DNA of 61,473 nucleotides from a virus: IMG/VR virus record IMGVR_UViG_3300035534_000060; one strand, 5' to 3'. Shown piece by piece: positions 36,248 to 46,497 of this stretch (position 1 is its first letter; each line of letters starts with the position of its first letter). The notes under the pieces were generated by a model. It saw only the letters and a program-made list of their open reading frames with translations, ran no database searches and was not told where the DNA came from. The position numbers and the translations under genes were made by a program.

Positions 36248-37780
36248 ATGGGTAACAACATAGCCAACCATGACTTTGAAGCAGGTATGCTGGTGTATTG
36301 GAACCCATATACGAGCGGTGGTTCGGACGATGTGGATGTATCGATAACAGACTATTACAGTTCTGACGGTAATTATGGCGTGAGTTGTAGAGTGGACGGT
36401 GGCGGGGACATATACGCCGGTATTAAACAACCCGTCCAATTAGTGTCGGGCATCCCAGCCTTCGTAGCAATCGATTATAAGGTAACTGATATTGGTTTGG
36501 GTGCTGGTGGTTCTGGTATATATGGTTGCAGAGTCGAAATAGTCGTAGGTGGGGTTGTCCAAGAAGCACAGGAAATTACATCCACAACAGGTTGGAAATC
36601 AATAGCAACACTTGTAGATTTAACAGGTGATTATGAGGTAGAGTTCAGAGTTTATGGTTGGGCTTACGATGATCTAATGTATGCTACCGTTATATTCGAT
36701 CAAGCACGCACAATAGTTGATAGTTCAAACTCATACACGATATCATCACTGTCAGACCTCGAAGATATGGCTAACGACCTCTACGGGACATACACACTAA
36801 CTCAGGATGTTGACGCATCGGGTACACAGGCGTCCGATTATAATAGTGATAAGGGCTGGTTGCCAATCGGTTCTATGGATTTCCCATTCATGGGTACACT
36901 GGATGGTAATGGCTACAAAATTACGGGTTTGGAATGCCACAGAGATACAGAGGATTTCTGCGGACTGTTTGGTGCCACTGCCGAAAACAGCGTAATTAAA
37001 AATCTGACTTTTGAGTCACCGTCGATAAAGGGTAACAGTTACGTTAGTTGCGTGGTAGGACACTGTTACGCTACGGATTTTGATTATGTGTATGTAGATG
37101 GTGGTAGTTTACAGGGTACAGAAAACGTTGGCGGTTTATGTGGTGGATACTACAACGGTGATATAGACGAATGTGAGTTGAGTATATCGGTATCTGAACT
37201 CGACACATCAGCAGGATCATGTTTCGGTGGACTCATTGGGCTATCGTTGGGTGGTACATTTGACCAAGTGATATTCGATGGTACAGAAGTAAACGCACCA
37301 AACAAGAATACGGTAGGTGGACTCATAGGTTGGTCTGATACAGTCGGTGAGGTACTGTTCTCAACCATTAACAAGGGGTACATAAAAACCGACGTCACCG
37401 GAAACAATCAGGTTGGCGGACTAATCGGATACGGAACAATCACTCACCTGTACGAATGTATGTTTGAGGGTAATGTAACAGGCTACGATTCAGTCGGTGG
37501 TCTCTACGGTTTCATTCACTATGGTGACATTGACAATTGTGCTGCACTGAACGGAAATGTCACGGGATCAAACGGTAGTACAGGCGGAGAAGGTGCCGGT
37601 GGTATAATCGGTCAGGGGCGGTTGGGTGGCTTCAACAAAGTCTATTCTAACATGGAAGTAAACGGTGATTTGGAATACCACGCACTCTTAGGCATATTGC
37701 TGGATGGGGACGAGCAAACCGATGTGTATGTGGATACTGACTATTGTAGTGCACCGTTACGTTCAGCAGCAAGCGGGTAG
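36248..37780 (+). CDS. GLUG-motif tail fibre protein, ending at an in-frame TAG
   Basis: Repeated VGGLIG/GGLCG/GGLYG units; C-terminal YVDTDYCSAPLRSAASG then TAG. Confidence 0.55.
   Translation: MGNNIANHDFEAGMLVYWNPYTSGGSDDVDVSITDYYSSDGNYGVSCRVDGGGDIYAGIKQPVQLVSGIPAFVAIDYKVTDIGLGAGGSGIYGCRVEIVVGGVVQEAQEITSTTGWKSIATLVDLTGDYEVEFRVYGWAYDDLMYATVIFDQARTIVDSSNSYTISSLSDLEDMANDLYGTYTLTQDVDASGTQASDYNSDKGWLPIGSMDFPFMGTLDGNGYKITGLECHRDTEDFCGLFGATAENSVIKNLTFESPSIKGNSYVSCVVGHCYATDFDYVYVDGGSLQGTENVGGLCGGYYNGDIDECELSISVSELDTSAGSCFGGLIGLSLGGTFDQVIFDGTEVNAPNKNTVGGLIGWSDTVGEVLFSTINKGYIKTDVTGNNQVGGLIGYGTITHLYECMFEGNVTGYDSVGGLYGFIHYGDIDNCAALNGNVTGSNGSTGGEGAGGIIGQGRLGGFNKVYSNMEVNGDLEYHALLGILLDGDEQTDVYVDTDYCSAPLRSAASG
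37778..37780 (+). other. In-frame amber codon inside a conserved module (candidate sense or readthrough codon)
   Basis: Same frame continues into 37781-38173; aligns with Lys of TGKGEPRTTAE in 28355..31219. Confidence 0.45.
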
Positions 37781-38173
37781 GGCAGGACATCCACCGAAAT
37801 TGCTGATCCTGATAATTATACCAGTGACGGTTGGGATTTGGACGATTTGTGGGGCATGTTCGAGGACGTTGCGGGGTATGTGTCTCCATATCTCAGGTGG
37901 TTGCTGGATTACCTGTATGACGATTTCTATGTAGCACAGTCCGGAGATGATACAAACTCAGGTACCAGTTGGGATAAACCGTGGGGTTCGGTCGAGAAGG
38001 CAACGACCGATCTGAAAGACGGTAAACGACTGCACATCGAATATGGTACCTACAATGAAGCACTGACATCGTTAGATTTCCAGAACGTTGGTCGTGGTGG
38101 TATCGAGATCATAATATCGGATACGAGTGACACTCCGATTTCCGGTAACGAAGTGATAATCAATTTCAGTTAA
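37781..38173 (+). CDS. Same-frame continuation of the fibre gene (beta-helix-like start)
   Basis: RTSTEIADPDNYTSDGWDLDDLWGMFEDVAGYVSPYL parallels RTTAEMQTQETFADWDFDTVWTMDGYPAL; first canonical start is a TTG at 37838 inside the motif. Confidence 0.4.
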   Translation, partial: GRTSTEIADPDNYTSDGWDLDDLWGMFEDVAGYVSPYLRWLLDYLYDDFYVAQSGDDTNSGTSWDKPWGSVEKATTDLKDGKRLHIEYGTYNEALTSLDFQNVGRGGIEIIISDTSDTPISGNEVIINFS

Positions 38174-38235
38174 TGGTGACAGCATGACATTTGATAAGAA
38201 ATTAAGAGTTACATAATAGTGGTAGAGGTAATTTT

Positions 38236-38700
38236 ATGGACAATGTTAAAATTTGTGACACTATACACACATTTGGTGATGCCTTTTGCCCGGGCAGATA
38301 TGAGTTAGTAGAACAACCACCATCCCCACAATTTACTAAACCTATTTCTAAATCAGATGTTTATAATATTCTCAAAGGCAGGTATGAGCGACATTGGCAG
38401 CCTTTAGACAAACATTATACTGAAGTTTCTATAGAAAGTCTTAAAGATTTTTTAAAATTTGATGGAATATCTGAAACAGAATATATATCTGAAAAACATG
38501 ATTGTGATAATTTTGCCATTGAACTTGCTGGTCAAGTAAGCGCTTGGGCTCCGGGTTGTCCATTTGGCATCGTTTTTTTAAATGGGCATGCAATAAATTG
38601 TTTTATATATAAAGATGAACTATATTTTGTTGAACCACAATCTGATAAAGTTTTCAAAGAATTAGATGATTCAAATCGTATAGTTTTCATAATATTGTGA
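38236..38700 (+). CDS. Transglutaminase-like cysteine peptidase (putative lysin)
   Basis: CDNFA matches the C-x-x-F-A active-site pattern; downstream His (NGHAINC) and Asp; sits next to a holin-like ORF. Confidence 0.4.
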   Translation: MDNVKICDTIHTFGDAFCPGRYELVEQPPSPQFTKPISKSDVYNILKGRYERHWQPLDKHYTEVSIESLKDFLKFDGISETEYISEKHDCDNFAIELAGQVSAWAPGCPFGIVFLNGHAINCFIYKDELYFVEPQSDKVFKELDDSNRIVFIIL

Positions 38701-38703
38701 GGG

Positions 38704-39045
38704 ATGAATATAACACAGTCAGATTTAATGAAAATGCAAATAATGATCGGTAGAATCGATGAACGTACTCAGCGCACAGATGAAATTCTCGATAAAATAG
38801 ATACACAATTTGAGAAGATAGATTCTCGGTTGGCAAGATTAGAAAGCAAAGAATGTCCTAACCATAGTAAATTAGAAAAGGATATTACTTCTTTAAAAAT
38901 TAATCAGGGTAAGATTGCTGCTGATAGTCAATTAAGTGATGAGAAAATTCGTAGTATGGTAAAAATAAACAGTGTAAAAGTTTCAGGATTAACAAGTATT
39001 ATTATAATGGGGTTAGGCTGGATATTAGATCATTTTAAAATGTGA
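38704..39045 (+). CDS. Putative holin or membrane lysis protein
   Basis: Coiled N-terminus plus single C-terminal transmembrane segment VSGLTSIIIMGLGWIL. Confidence 0.3.
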   Translation: MNITQSDLMKMQIMIGRIDERTQRTDEILDKIDTQFEKIDSRLARLESKECPNHSKLEKDITSLKINQGKIAADSQLSDEKIRSMVKINSVKVSGLTSIIIMGLGWILDHFKM

Positions 39046-39059
39046 TTGATGAATAATCA

Positions 39060-39578
39060 TCAATCAAACATACAACTTATGTCAAATTTTGCCCCTTTCA
39101 TAAAAGGCGGTTTTTTCACATGGGGGTCATTTTCTAACTGTTCCCATTTAATAGATTTTCTATTCTGATTTTCTTTTTTCAGTCTTATTATATCATCAAC
39201 AGTTATAAGATAGCATTGATGATTACGGGGTATTTCTCTACGAATAGCGAAATAGTATCGCCCACCAGCGTTTTCAATCAGTGTAGCAAACTCTATTTGA
39301 TGATCTTTAATATTTCTAAGGGGGAATGATGTTTTATTTACTGTATTTTTACATTCAGCCCATATAGTTTGCCCTTTATGAATACAAATATAGTCAGCAG
39401 GAACTCGTGGTACTACCATTTTACCCCATGCTTTATTTTGTTTCATTGCCGCTTTAGTAATACCTTCCAAGGAATGTGTATCTATAAGTTTATAAATAAA
39501 TCCTTCTGGAAAACACTTATCAAAACTTTTCTTAAATGTAGATTCCCACTTATAACCTCCTTGTCTTGCTGATGGCAT
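39060..39578 (-). CDS. PD-(D/E)xK nuclease (Holliday-junction-resolvase-like)
   Basis: DYICIHKGQTIWAECK fits D...ExK. Confidence 0.4.
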   Translation of the reverse strand: MPSARQGGYKWESTFKKSFDKCFPEGFIYKLIDTHSLEGITKAAMKQNKAWGKMVVPRVPADYICIHKGQTIWAECKNTVNKTSFPLRNIKDHQIEFATLIENAGGRYYFAIRREIPRNHQCYLITVDDIIRLKKENQNRKSIKWEQLENDPHVKKPPFMKGAKFDISCMFD

Positions 39579-39676
39579 TTTTACTTCATCTCCAATCCAA
39601 AATCGTGATACATGTTCTCATTTTCTTTACTCATAAAATTCCTCCACTTGTATATTGGTTTAATCTTATAAAAGAG

Positions 39677-42439
39677 TTAGGCAAGACATATCTTCTTGCC
39701 ATCCATCTTTAAAAATCCTTCATTCAATAAAATATCTAACACTTCATCAGATATTCTATATAATCTATTTCTATACACATAATCTTTATTTTCAAAAAGT
39801 TCAGTCAATTTTTCTTTCCAATATTCTATTGTGAAATCGTGATGGATTTTCACATCAAACCCTAATGCATTGAACACATCGGGCTTAGGCACAATTATTC
39901 TCTCAGCATCAAATTTATGCGCTTGAGTTATTGCATCACTAGCAATTGACTGATAAAAAGTTTTTATGCCTTTACCAAAGTCACCGCCACACAATTGAAT
40001 CATGTCAGCCATTACTATTTCAGAATTTTTTGGATATTGCATAGAGCGCACAATTACATCATCTGCTTTGCCACCTGTGCCTGTATTACCTCTCACAAGC
40101 CCATTATTAATAAATTCCATTCCATCATTCTTTCGGGAAAATATTATAGTCCTTTCATCAATACCAAAATCAGGCATTACATCAGGCGCATTTGGAATAG
40201 AGTAAAGATTTTTTAACATGTTATCTTGTGTTTCATGATAACGAGACAACCATTGACTATTCATTACTTCTAATTCGCTGGGCGTTGATGTAATACCAAG
40301 GATAGCATTACATTGAGTGAAATCTTCAAGCACTTCTTTAAATGATTTAGGAACTACAATGTTTTCATCATATGTGTGTATCTCAATATTCTTAATATAA
40401 TTCAATAATGAATCATATAATCTGGGATTAATTTTCTTCCCAACCACATCATTGAGTACAAATTTTAGTTCTCTTTCGCCCGCATGATCAAAATGATATA
40501 ATGATGGATTGATTACATTTGAAATGCGGCGATACTTGCCCTCATCATATGCTTTTTGAGAATACAGCCAGTTATTCAAATAATCTACTGCTTCCAATTC
40601 TTCAAGTGTTTGTGCCTCAATATCATCATTCTCTAACATATCCTCAATGCGCACCTTGGCTTCTTCTAAATCATCAATTACCAATAGACCCAATTTACGC
40701 ATCTTCTCAAATACAACTTTATCGGAAAATGTTATTTTTGGGGTGTTACGATTTACAAAGTCTATCTGATCAATGATATTGCAGTATGTTTGGCTAGATG
40801 ACATTGCAGGTATTAATGGGCTATCTGGTATAAAGAAATGATGCATTAACTTAGCAGATGTCATCAATAGTGCCATATTTTCTTCCCTTGTGGCTTCTAA
40901 TGTGGCTAGATAAATCCATTTAGGGCATGTATCATACTCATCAGCCTTTTCTGTGTAGTATTCAATATCTCCATAAAAAGGCTTATCAGAATTTTCAATA
41001 TAATCCTCAGTTATAGGCTTGATAAGTTTTTGAATGGGGGTGTACATTGAACACTTTTTACATACCATCGTAGGCACATAACCCAATTTTCTAAATGATG
41101 CAGCCCTTGAACATAAATCGATATTGCTTGGATTATCTAAGAAGTTAATCTCAGCCTTCTTCATGCGCTCCATCATAACTTCTTTCACTTTTTTAGTAGG
41201 GGTTATGAAATTTATCCGATGTCCTTCTTTATGAATTGCATGTTTCAGGAATCCAATTGTAGTCCATGACTTACCACTATCAAAAGAATTTGTTATCATT
41301 GTGTATTCATCGCCACTCATTAAATCGTTTAAGTCTATTGCCACATGGGAAAATTGCTCAAGTGTATCTTCAATACCACCATCATTGCGATCTTCTTTTC
41401 CCTGAGTTTTATCGACAACTTCATCGATTTTTTCGGATAGGGTATGCTGTTTATAGATATGACAATCTGGACAAAATTCTGAAACATAATCAGAACATAC
41501 TTGCTGCAATTTACTACATCGGAATGGCATCAAATTTTTTCTTTTGATAGGCTTTAAATTTTTCCGAGTTTCTTTAGGATTATATTGTGCCTGTACCCGG
41601 AAATATTCATGCACATCATCATCAGTGCCGCCATTTGCATATACTTCTGCCGCAGCCGCAGTCATGAATGACCACCCTTGACCGCCAGATGTTTCTGTAG
41701 CATTATAATAAATTTGCTGGAAACATGGGCGCATCTCTTCTAGTACATCTTTAAAGTTGCCTGCTTTTGGGATTGTGGAATATGAAAAATCTGAATCAAA
41801 TGATTCTTTATCGATTTTATTTTCTTTAATTCCTAAAGATTGTAAAAATTCTTTAGTTACACGGTTTTCATTTAGGAAGTTATAATACTCTTCTGAAATC
41901 GTGATACGTTCAAAATGTGTGGGGTCAACAAATTTTGACTGTCCACCATATACCTGATGCATACCTAGAGGTGGGCGAATTGCTTTACCCAATCCATGAC
42001 TATCTAGTGGGAATATTTCTGCATCACTGAGAGAAGCCTCACAGATTCGTTCTAAGAGGCTCACCATCATTGATGTGGGTACTAGATCGGAAAAGACCCA
42101 AAGATGGTAACCACGGCCACCTGTGGCTTCAATAAGGGTAGATTTTACTCCTATGTCATGTAACATATCATATGCTGCACTAATCTTATATTGTATTTCT
42201 CTATGCGCATCTTTATTGTTGCGTTCACTTTTTGGAAGATCATAATCAAGACATCCAATGTAGCACTGCTGATTCATACCCGGATAAAGTGCTATAGTAG
42301 TGCTATAATTAAAATGATTCTCCAAATCTTCTTTTGTAGGTGCTCGCATTACTCTTACATAAGAACCATCCTTTTGCTGTATGCAAAATGTGTCTCCACG
42401 AAAACGAAATAAATCTAAATATTGTTCATTTGTTAGCAT
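39677..42439 (-). CDS. Primase-polymerase (PrimPol/AEP) protein with C-terminal P-loop NTPase region
   Basis: N-terminal ALYPGMNQQCYIGCLDYDLP prim-pol-like region; SFDSGKSWT Walker-A-like and LLVIDDLEE Walker-B-like downstream. Confidence 0.55.
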   Translation of the reverse strand: MLTNEQYLDLFRFRGDTFCIQQKDGSYVRVMRAPTKEDLENHFNYSTTIALYPGMNQQCYIGCLDYDLPKSERNNKDAHREIQYKISAAYDMLHDIGVKSTLIEATGGRGYHLWVFSDLVPTSMMVSLLERICEASLSDAEIFPLDSHGLGKAIRPPLGMHQVYGGQSKFVDPTHFERITISEEYYNFLNENRVTKEFLQSLGIKENKIDKESFDSDFSYSTIPKAGNFKDVLEEMRPCFQQIYYNATETSGGQGWSFMTAAAAEVYANGGTDDDVHEYFRVQAQYNPKETRKNLKPIKRKNLMPFRCSKLQQVCSDYVSEFCPDCHIYKQHTLSEKIDEVVDKTQGKEDRNDGGIEDTLEQFSHVAIDLNDLMSGDEYTMITNSFDSGKSWTTIGFLKHAIHKEGHRINFITPTKKVKEVMMERMKKAEINFLDNPSNIDLCSRAASFRKLGYVPTMVCKKCSMYTPIQKLIKPITEDYIENSDKPFYGDIEYYTEKADEYDTCPKWIYLATLEATREENMALLMTSAKLMHHFFIPDSPLIPAMSSSQTYCNIIDQIDFVNRNTPKITFSDKVVFEKMRKLGLLVIDDLEEAKVRIEDMLENDDIEAQTLEELEAVDYLNNWLYSQKAYDEGKYRRISNVINPSLYHFDHAGERELKFVLNDVVGKKINPRLYDSLLNYIKNIEIHTYDENIVVPKSFKEVLEDFTQCNAILGITSTPSELEVMNSQWLSRYHETQDNMLKNLYSIPNAPDVMPDFGIDERTIIFSRKNDGMEFINNGLVRGNTGTGGKADDVIVRSMQYPKNSEIVMADMIQLCGGDFGKGIKTFYQSIASDAITQAHKFDAERIIVPKPDVFNALGFDVKIHHDFTIEYWKEKLTELFENKDYVYRNRLYRISDEVLDILLNEGFLKMDGKKICLA

Positions 42440-42453
42440 TAAATATCACCTCA

Positions 42454-44145
42454 TCAAATATATATTACCCTTTCTTTAAAATTTTCTGGAAACATCTTAC
42501 CATTGTATTTGTATATCTGCCTAAATGCTCCATCTAATATATGAATGTCTGCTTCATCATCAGATGAACGAATTACTCTGCCTACTCCCTGACGAATTTT
42601 CATAACTGTGTCTTCGAAATAACGACCTTTATCAATTTCTTTAAGTCCTTGGACTACAGGGTCTTTATAATCTGGGTAAGGAACTTTAGCAATTACTAAA
42701 AATCTTCCTAATTCACCTTTTAGATCAGCACCTTCCCAAAGTGAAGGTGAAATTAAAACACTATCATCTTTTGCAGCATGTTCTTCAAAAAGCGTTTCCA
42801 CATTGTCGCCCCTCTGTTGAACAGTAAGCCGTTTGAAACAATCTGGGAATTTTTCTTGCATATAATTTTCATAAAATCTTACTTCTGAATAACTATTACA
42901 AAGTATAAGTCCTCTTTGACCTTCATAATTTTGCATAACTGAGGCAATTGTGCCACCCATTTTAGCCCTTTTGGCATCCATATTTGGACTCCATGTCATC
43001 GTGGGCTGGGGATAAGAAAATATTGGCGCTTTTTCTGGGTCAAATGGTGAGTCCATGGAATAATAGAATACCTCATCTTCTTCAAAACCAAATCGTTTAC
43101 ATAGAACTTTTTTTGGCGGTAATGTTGCTGATGAAAATATATGTACATTAGCATGTCTAAATATGACATTCTGGGCATAGTCACCAATATAAAGAGGCAC
43201 AAGTTTAAATCCGTTATCTACTTTAGCAAATACCCAGTTATCTGGGTCAGCATGCATTCTTTGTGATACTGTCTTAATTCTATTCTGCATATTTTCCAAT
43301 TTTACAATACGTCTTTTAACAAGAGTATTGCCGTGTGCTTTTGCATCCTTTGAATCATTAATGCGCAATTCTATTACTCTCAGTAATGAATCAAGCCATT
43401 CAAGCGCATCATGTTTACCATTGATTTGTCTTTCTACTCTTTCAAATTTTTTATCATCAACAGTATCCACATCATCCACATATCTTACATGATAAAGACT
43501 TTTGTCAGTTATCTCAAAAGATGATACATTTCTAATATATGCTTCAAGGTTATGTCCTTCATCGAGCAATTGTATATCAGTTGGCTCAAATTCATTATAC
43601 TCTGAGTTCATTTTGAGAACATAGTAGGCATAATTGAATATAGTATGCTTAGCATGCCATGCTTCTTCCACATTTGCCCAATATGGGCATTTTTCTAATC
43701 CTGACCATTTTTTACCAGCAAATGCAGGATACTTACCTGTATTGGATGGTTTATATGGGCATACAAAGTCATCTGGGCCTGTAATACAAATTCCTACATC
43801 GCATGTTTTTCTTTTGTCATTTTTACATACAAAGTTTGATCGGCCAGTTACTCTTTTGTAATCATCTCCTAATTCCAAATACTGTTCCTGTAATTTCTTT
43901 TGTGTAGTCATTATATGACTGCCACCAAGCAAATTACCGAGGGCAGCATTGATGATACTTTTTCCAGTACCAGTAGGCGCATCCAATGCAATGTATTTGT
44001 ATCCATTGTGAATTGCGCCAAAAATAGATGCTACGGCAAGATTTTGCCCTTCCCAATATTCGCCCTTAGGATTGTGCGCTAAATTTAGCGCTTCTTTTCT
44101 GGGTAGTAAATTTTCTTTTTCAATCATTGAATCACCAACTAACAT
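42454..44145 (-). CDS. XPD/Rad3/DinG-family Fe-S helicase
   Basis: Walker A ALDAPTGTGKS; DEGH box LLDEGHNLE; four-Cys cluster CKNDKRKTCDVGICITGPDDFVC. Confidence 0.7.
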   Translation of the reverse strand: MLVGDSMIEKENLLPRKEALNLAHNPKGEYWEGQNLAVASIFGAIHNGYKYIALDAPTGTGKSIINAALGNLLGGSHIMTTQKKLQEQYLELGDDYKRVTGRSNFVCKNDKRKTCDVGICITGPDDFVCPYKPSNTGKYPAFAGKKWSGLEKCPYWANVEEAWHAKHTIFNYAYYVLKMNSEYNEFEPTDIQLLDEGHNLEAYIRNVSSFEITDKSLYHVRYVDDVDTVDDKKFERVERQINGKHDALEWLDSLLRVIELRINDSKDAKAHGNTLVKRRIVKLENMQNRIKTVSQRMHADPDNWVFAKVDNGFKLVPLYIGDYAQNVIFRHANVHIFSSATLPPKKVLCKRFGFEEDEVFYYSMDSPFDPEKAPIFSYPQPTMTWSPNMDAKRAKMGGTIASVMQNYEGQRGLILCNSYSEVRFYENYMQEKFPDCFKRLTVQQRGDNVETLFEEHAAKDDSVLISPSLWEGADLKGELGRFLVIAKVPYPDYKDPVVQGLKEIDKGRYFEDTVMKIRQGVGRVIRSSDDEADIHILDGAFRQIYKYNGKMFPENFKERVIYI

Positions 44146-44189
44146 AACACCACTATCATATAAATAATTATCTAATAAGAGGCCTTATT

Positions 44190-44246
44190 CTCTATATATT
44201 AAAGTAAACAGAATTATTTTATTTCTGTGTACTTTAAGCATAGGGT
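44190..44246 (-). repeat. Inverted copy of the 57-bp element at 21334-21390
   Basis: Exact reverse-complement identity over 57 nt; lies in the divergent promoter region. Confidence 0.85.
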
Positions 44247-44348
44247 ATAATAATTTCCAGCCAAAATATTACTCTCAGTTATATCAACCCAAACCTATAT
44301 GTATAAGGATAGCGTTTTGTTATTTACTTACAAAATAGGAGGAATAAT

Positions 44349-44537
44349 ATGGTAGTAAAAGTAGATTTGGTTTCGATAGATGATACAATAGTTATGATAG
44401 TTGAATCAAAATTTGATGTTGATTTCTTTGATTTAGTAGATCAATTATCAATAGGTGAATGTGAAGGGTCAGACAGCGAAATAGGAAAGAAAATAATGGA
44501 GGTAATCAAATATGCAGAAAAGTCTGGATACATATAA
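44349..44537 (+). CDS. Hypothetical protein
   Basis: 62-aa ORF with GGAGG SD after an AAACCTATATGTATA promoter. Confidence 0.4.
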   Translation: MVVKVDLVSIDDTIVMIVESKFDVDFFDLVDQLSIGECEGSDSEIGKKIMEVIKYAEKSGYI

Positions 44538-44706
44538 TCCAAGTAAATGTGCTCAAACAAGAAGGAATGCGCTACGTAAAGAAGTAAAAGAACATGGATT
44601 AGGTGAAGTTATTTTATCGCTTAGAATGATGATGACTACGGCCTATAGCAATCATAGTCGCATTAAAAATGATGTAAAATGGTTACATAAGACAATGAAA
44701 GAGTGA
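44512..44706 (+). CDS. Hypothetical basic protein
   Basis: 64-aa ORF. Confidence 0.35.
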   Translation: MQKSLDTYNPSKCAQTRRNALRKEVKEHGLGEVILSLRMMMTTAYSNHSRIKNDVKWLHKTMKE

Positions 44707-44893
44707 AAATAGAAACCTATTTATATCATAACATCATTGTATGAATTGTCCTTGTAGGACACAAATGGAGGAAGAAAAATATGAAAATCACACCAAGCAA
44801 ATATCAAGAAGCAATCTTTGAAGAAGTCAATGAAGAAATTGAAATAATTAACGAAGAAATCGAAATAATGTGTGAAGAATTGGAGAGATTGTA

Positions 44894-45085
44894 ATGAACA
44901 ATGATAAAATAGAAGTATTTGAGAGAATTATTAGAAGAGCAGGTGAAGTATCTATAGCACTAGCATATTTGATGGTGGCTGGCATGTTTTATTTTATAGC
45001 AGCGATTCCATCATTGATAGTGATGGTGTTTTGGGCAGTGATCATATTGATAGGTTTGCTGTTTTTCCTTATATTGTTACTTTAA
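44894..45085 (+). CDS. Small membrane protein
   Basis: Two hydrophobic segments. Confidence 0.4.
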   Translation: MNNDKIEVFERIIRRAGEVSIALAYLMVAGMFYFIAAIPSLIVMVFWAVIILIGLLFFLILLL

Positions 45086-45180
45086 ACACAAACCTTTATA
45101 TACAATAACCACATAGTAGAGTTGTCGTCAAGGCGACATGTAAAGAACAGTAAACAACAACTAAATACGGAGGAAAATTT

Positions 45181-46467
45181 ATGACAGAAAATACAAAACC
45201 AACAGTAGCAGAACTTATTGCAGCGATTAAAGAACACAATGACCTTGAAGTAACTCCTGATGAGATTACCGAGGAAATTTATGAGAGCGCCACAAAAGGA
45301 TATGAAAGGGGCGTAAGTCTGAAGTCCATGGCAAATCGTGTAAGATTCTATCTTGCGGGCTCCAATAAGGAAGATGTTGAAAAAGAGACAGTCGATGTGA
45401 CTGGCATTTTTGTAGGCAGTAAGGATATTACTACAGAAAATAAACCTCTCGGAAAGAATAAAGCGCAGACAATATCATTCTTGCAGCAGTGCGATGATGG
45501 ATATTTCAGAGTTTTCGGTGAGCCCAATACCCCAAGCCATTTCAAAGGCTTCAAGAAAAAGAATTTTGGGGCACTTGTCGAGTCTGAGTTCAATTTTACC
45601 AAGAACTCCAAGGGCACTTTTGTGACACCTGAAAAGGTTAATGTTCTGGATAAAGGCTTTGAATTGGATACAGGTAATATCAAAGCATACGAGATCAGTG
45701 CGCTACCAGAACTTGAAAATTTCACTCCATGTGCTGTATATGGAACACTTTCATCCATTAAACCACTCAGAGTACCACCATGGGAACAGGACAAATATGA
45801 GGATGAAGATTACCCGCTTGTAATCAATAAGAATCCAGTATTTACAGTATTCCTTCAGGCTGATGTTGAAGAAGGTGAACCAATTGTAAAGGGTTCAGTC
45901 AATCCAACACACTTATCCAAGCCATACATCACTCTGGATGATTTTGAAGCAATCTGGCCACTTCCTGAAGACTTGAAAGATATTGATGCTGATGACTTCC
46001 TTCAGGATGAAATTACTGCAATGTATAATGGTGTAGAAGTAATTCTTATCGGACAGAAGAAGAGGGCTACTGAATACGATGATAACACATTCGTGGATTT
46101 CGATGTAACAGCTATTATTCCAGTAGGTAATGTTCCTTCTATCATTGAAGTTGCTTCTGGTGCAGAACGTGCCAAAGCAGCCAAAGCCAAGAAAGAGGCT
46201 GAAAAGAAGGAAGATGCCGACAAGGAAAAGAAGAAGTGGAATGCGAGGCAGAAAAAGGTCGCTGAAACTGTAACTGCAATGCGTGACACTACTACTGTCC
46301 AGATGGTACGTGACATGGTTGATGCCAAGTATTTCAAAGGCGTGCCCGATGAGAAGATTCAGGAACTCATTGACAAAGAATTTGAGACACAGGGCATTGA
46401 AGTATCCGAGGAAACTGAAACTGAGACTACTGATGATAGCGCAGAAGATGACGATGTGTGGGATTAA
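45181..46467 (+). CDS. Hypothetical protein with acidic C-terminal tail (possible ssDNA-binding protein)
   Basis: 428 aa; KAKAAKAKKEAEKK linker then ETETETTDDSAEDDDVWD tail; function is inference only. Confidence 0.3.
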   Translation: MTENTKPTVAELIAAIKEHNDLEVTPDEITEEIYESATKGYERGVSLKSMANRVRFYLAGSNKEDVEKETVDVTGIFVGSKDITTENKPLGKNKAQTISFLQQCDDGYFRVFGEPNTPSHFKGFKKKNFGALVESEFNFTKNSKGTFVTPEKVNVLDKGFELDTGNIKAYEISALPELENFTPCAVYGTLSSIKPLRVPPWEQDKYEDEDYPLVINKNPVFTVFLQADVEEGEPIVKGSVNPTHLSKPYITLDDFEAIWPLPEDLKDIDADDFLQDEITAMYNGVEVILIGQKKRATEYDDNTFVDFDVTAIIPVGNVPSIIEVASGAERAKAAKAKKEAEKKEDADKEKKKWNARQKKVAETVTAMRDTTTVQMVRDMVDAKYFKGVPDEKIQELIDKEFETQGIEVSEETETETTDDSAEDDDVWD

Positions 46468-46497
46468 TCCCACATTTATATTTCCGAGGTGATATAA

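Noticed and set aside
958-46473. Numerous minus-strand ORFs in the six-frame track that overlap plus-strand genes (e.g. 958..1158, 1515..1838, 2202..2498, 14469..14933, 31617..32081, 32844..33356, 45348..45794, 45913..46473)
   Set aside because: They lie antisense to longer ORFs with recognisable motifs or ribosome-binding sites, lack their own start context, and have low-complexity compositions typical of shadow ORFs.
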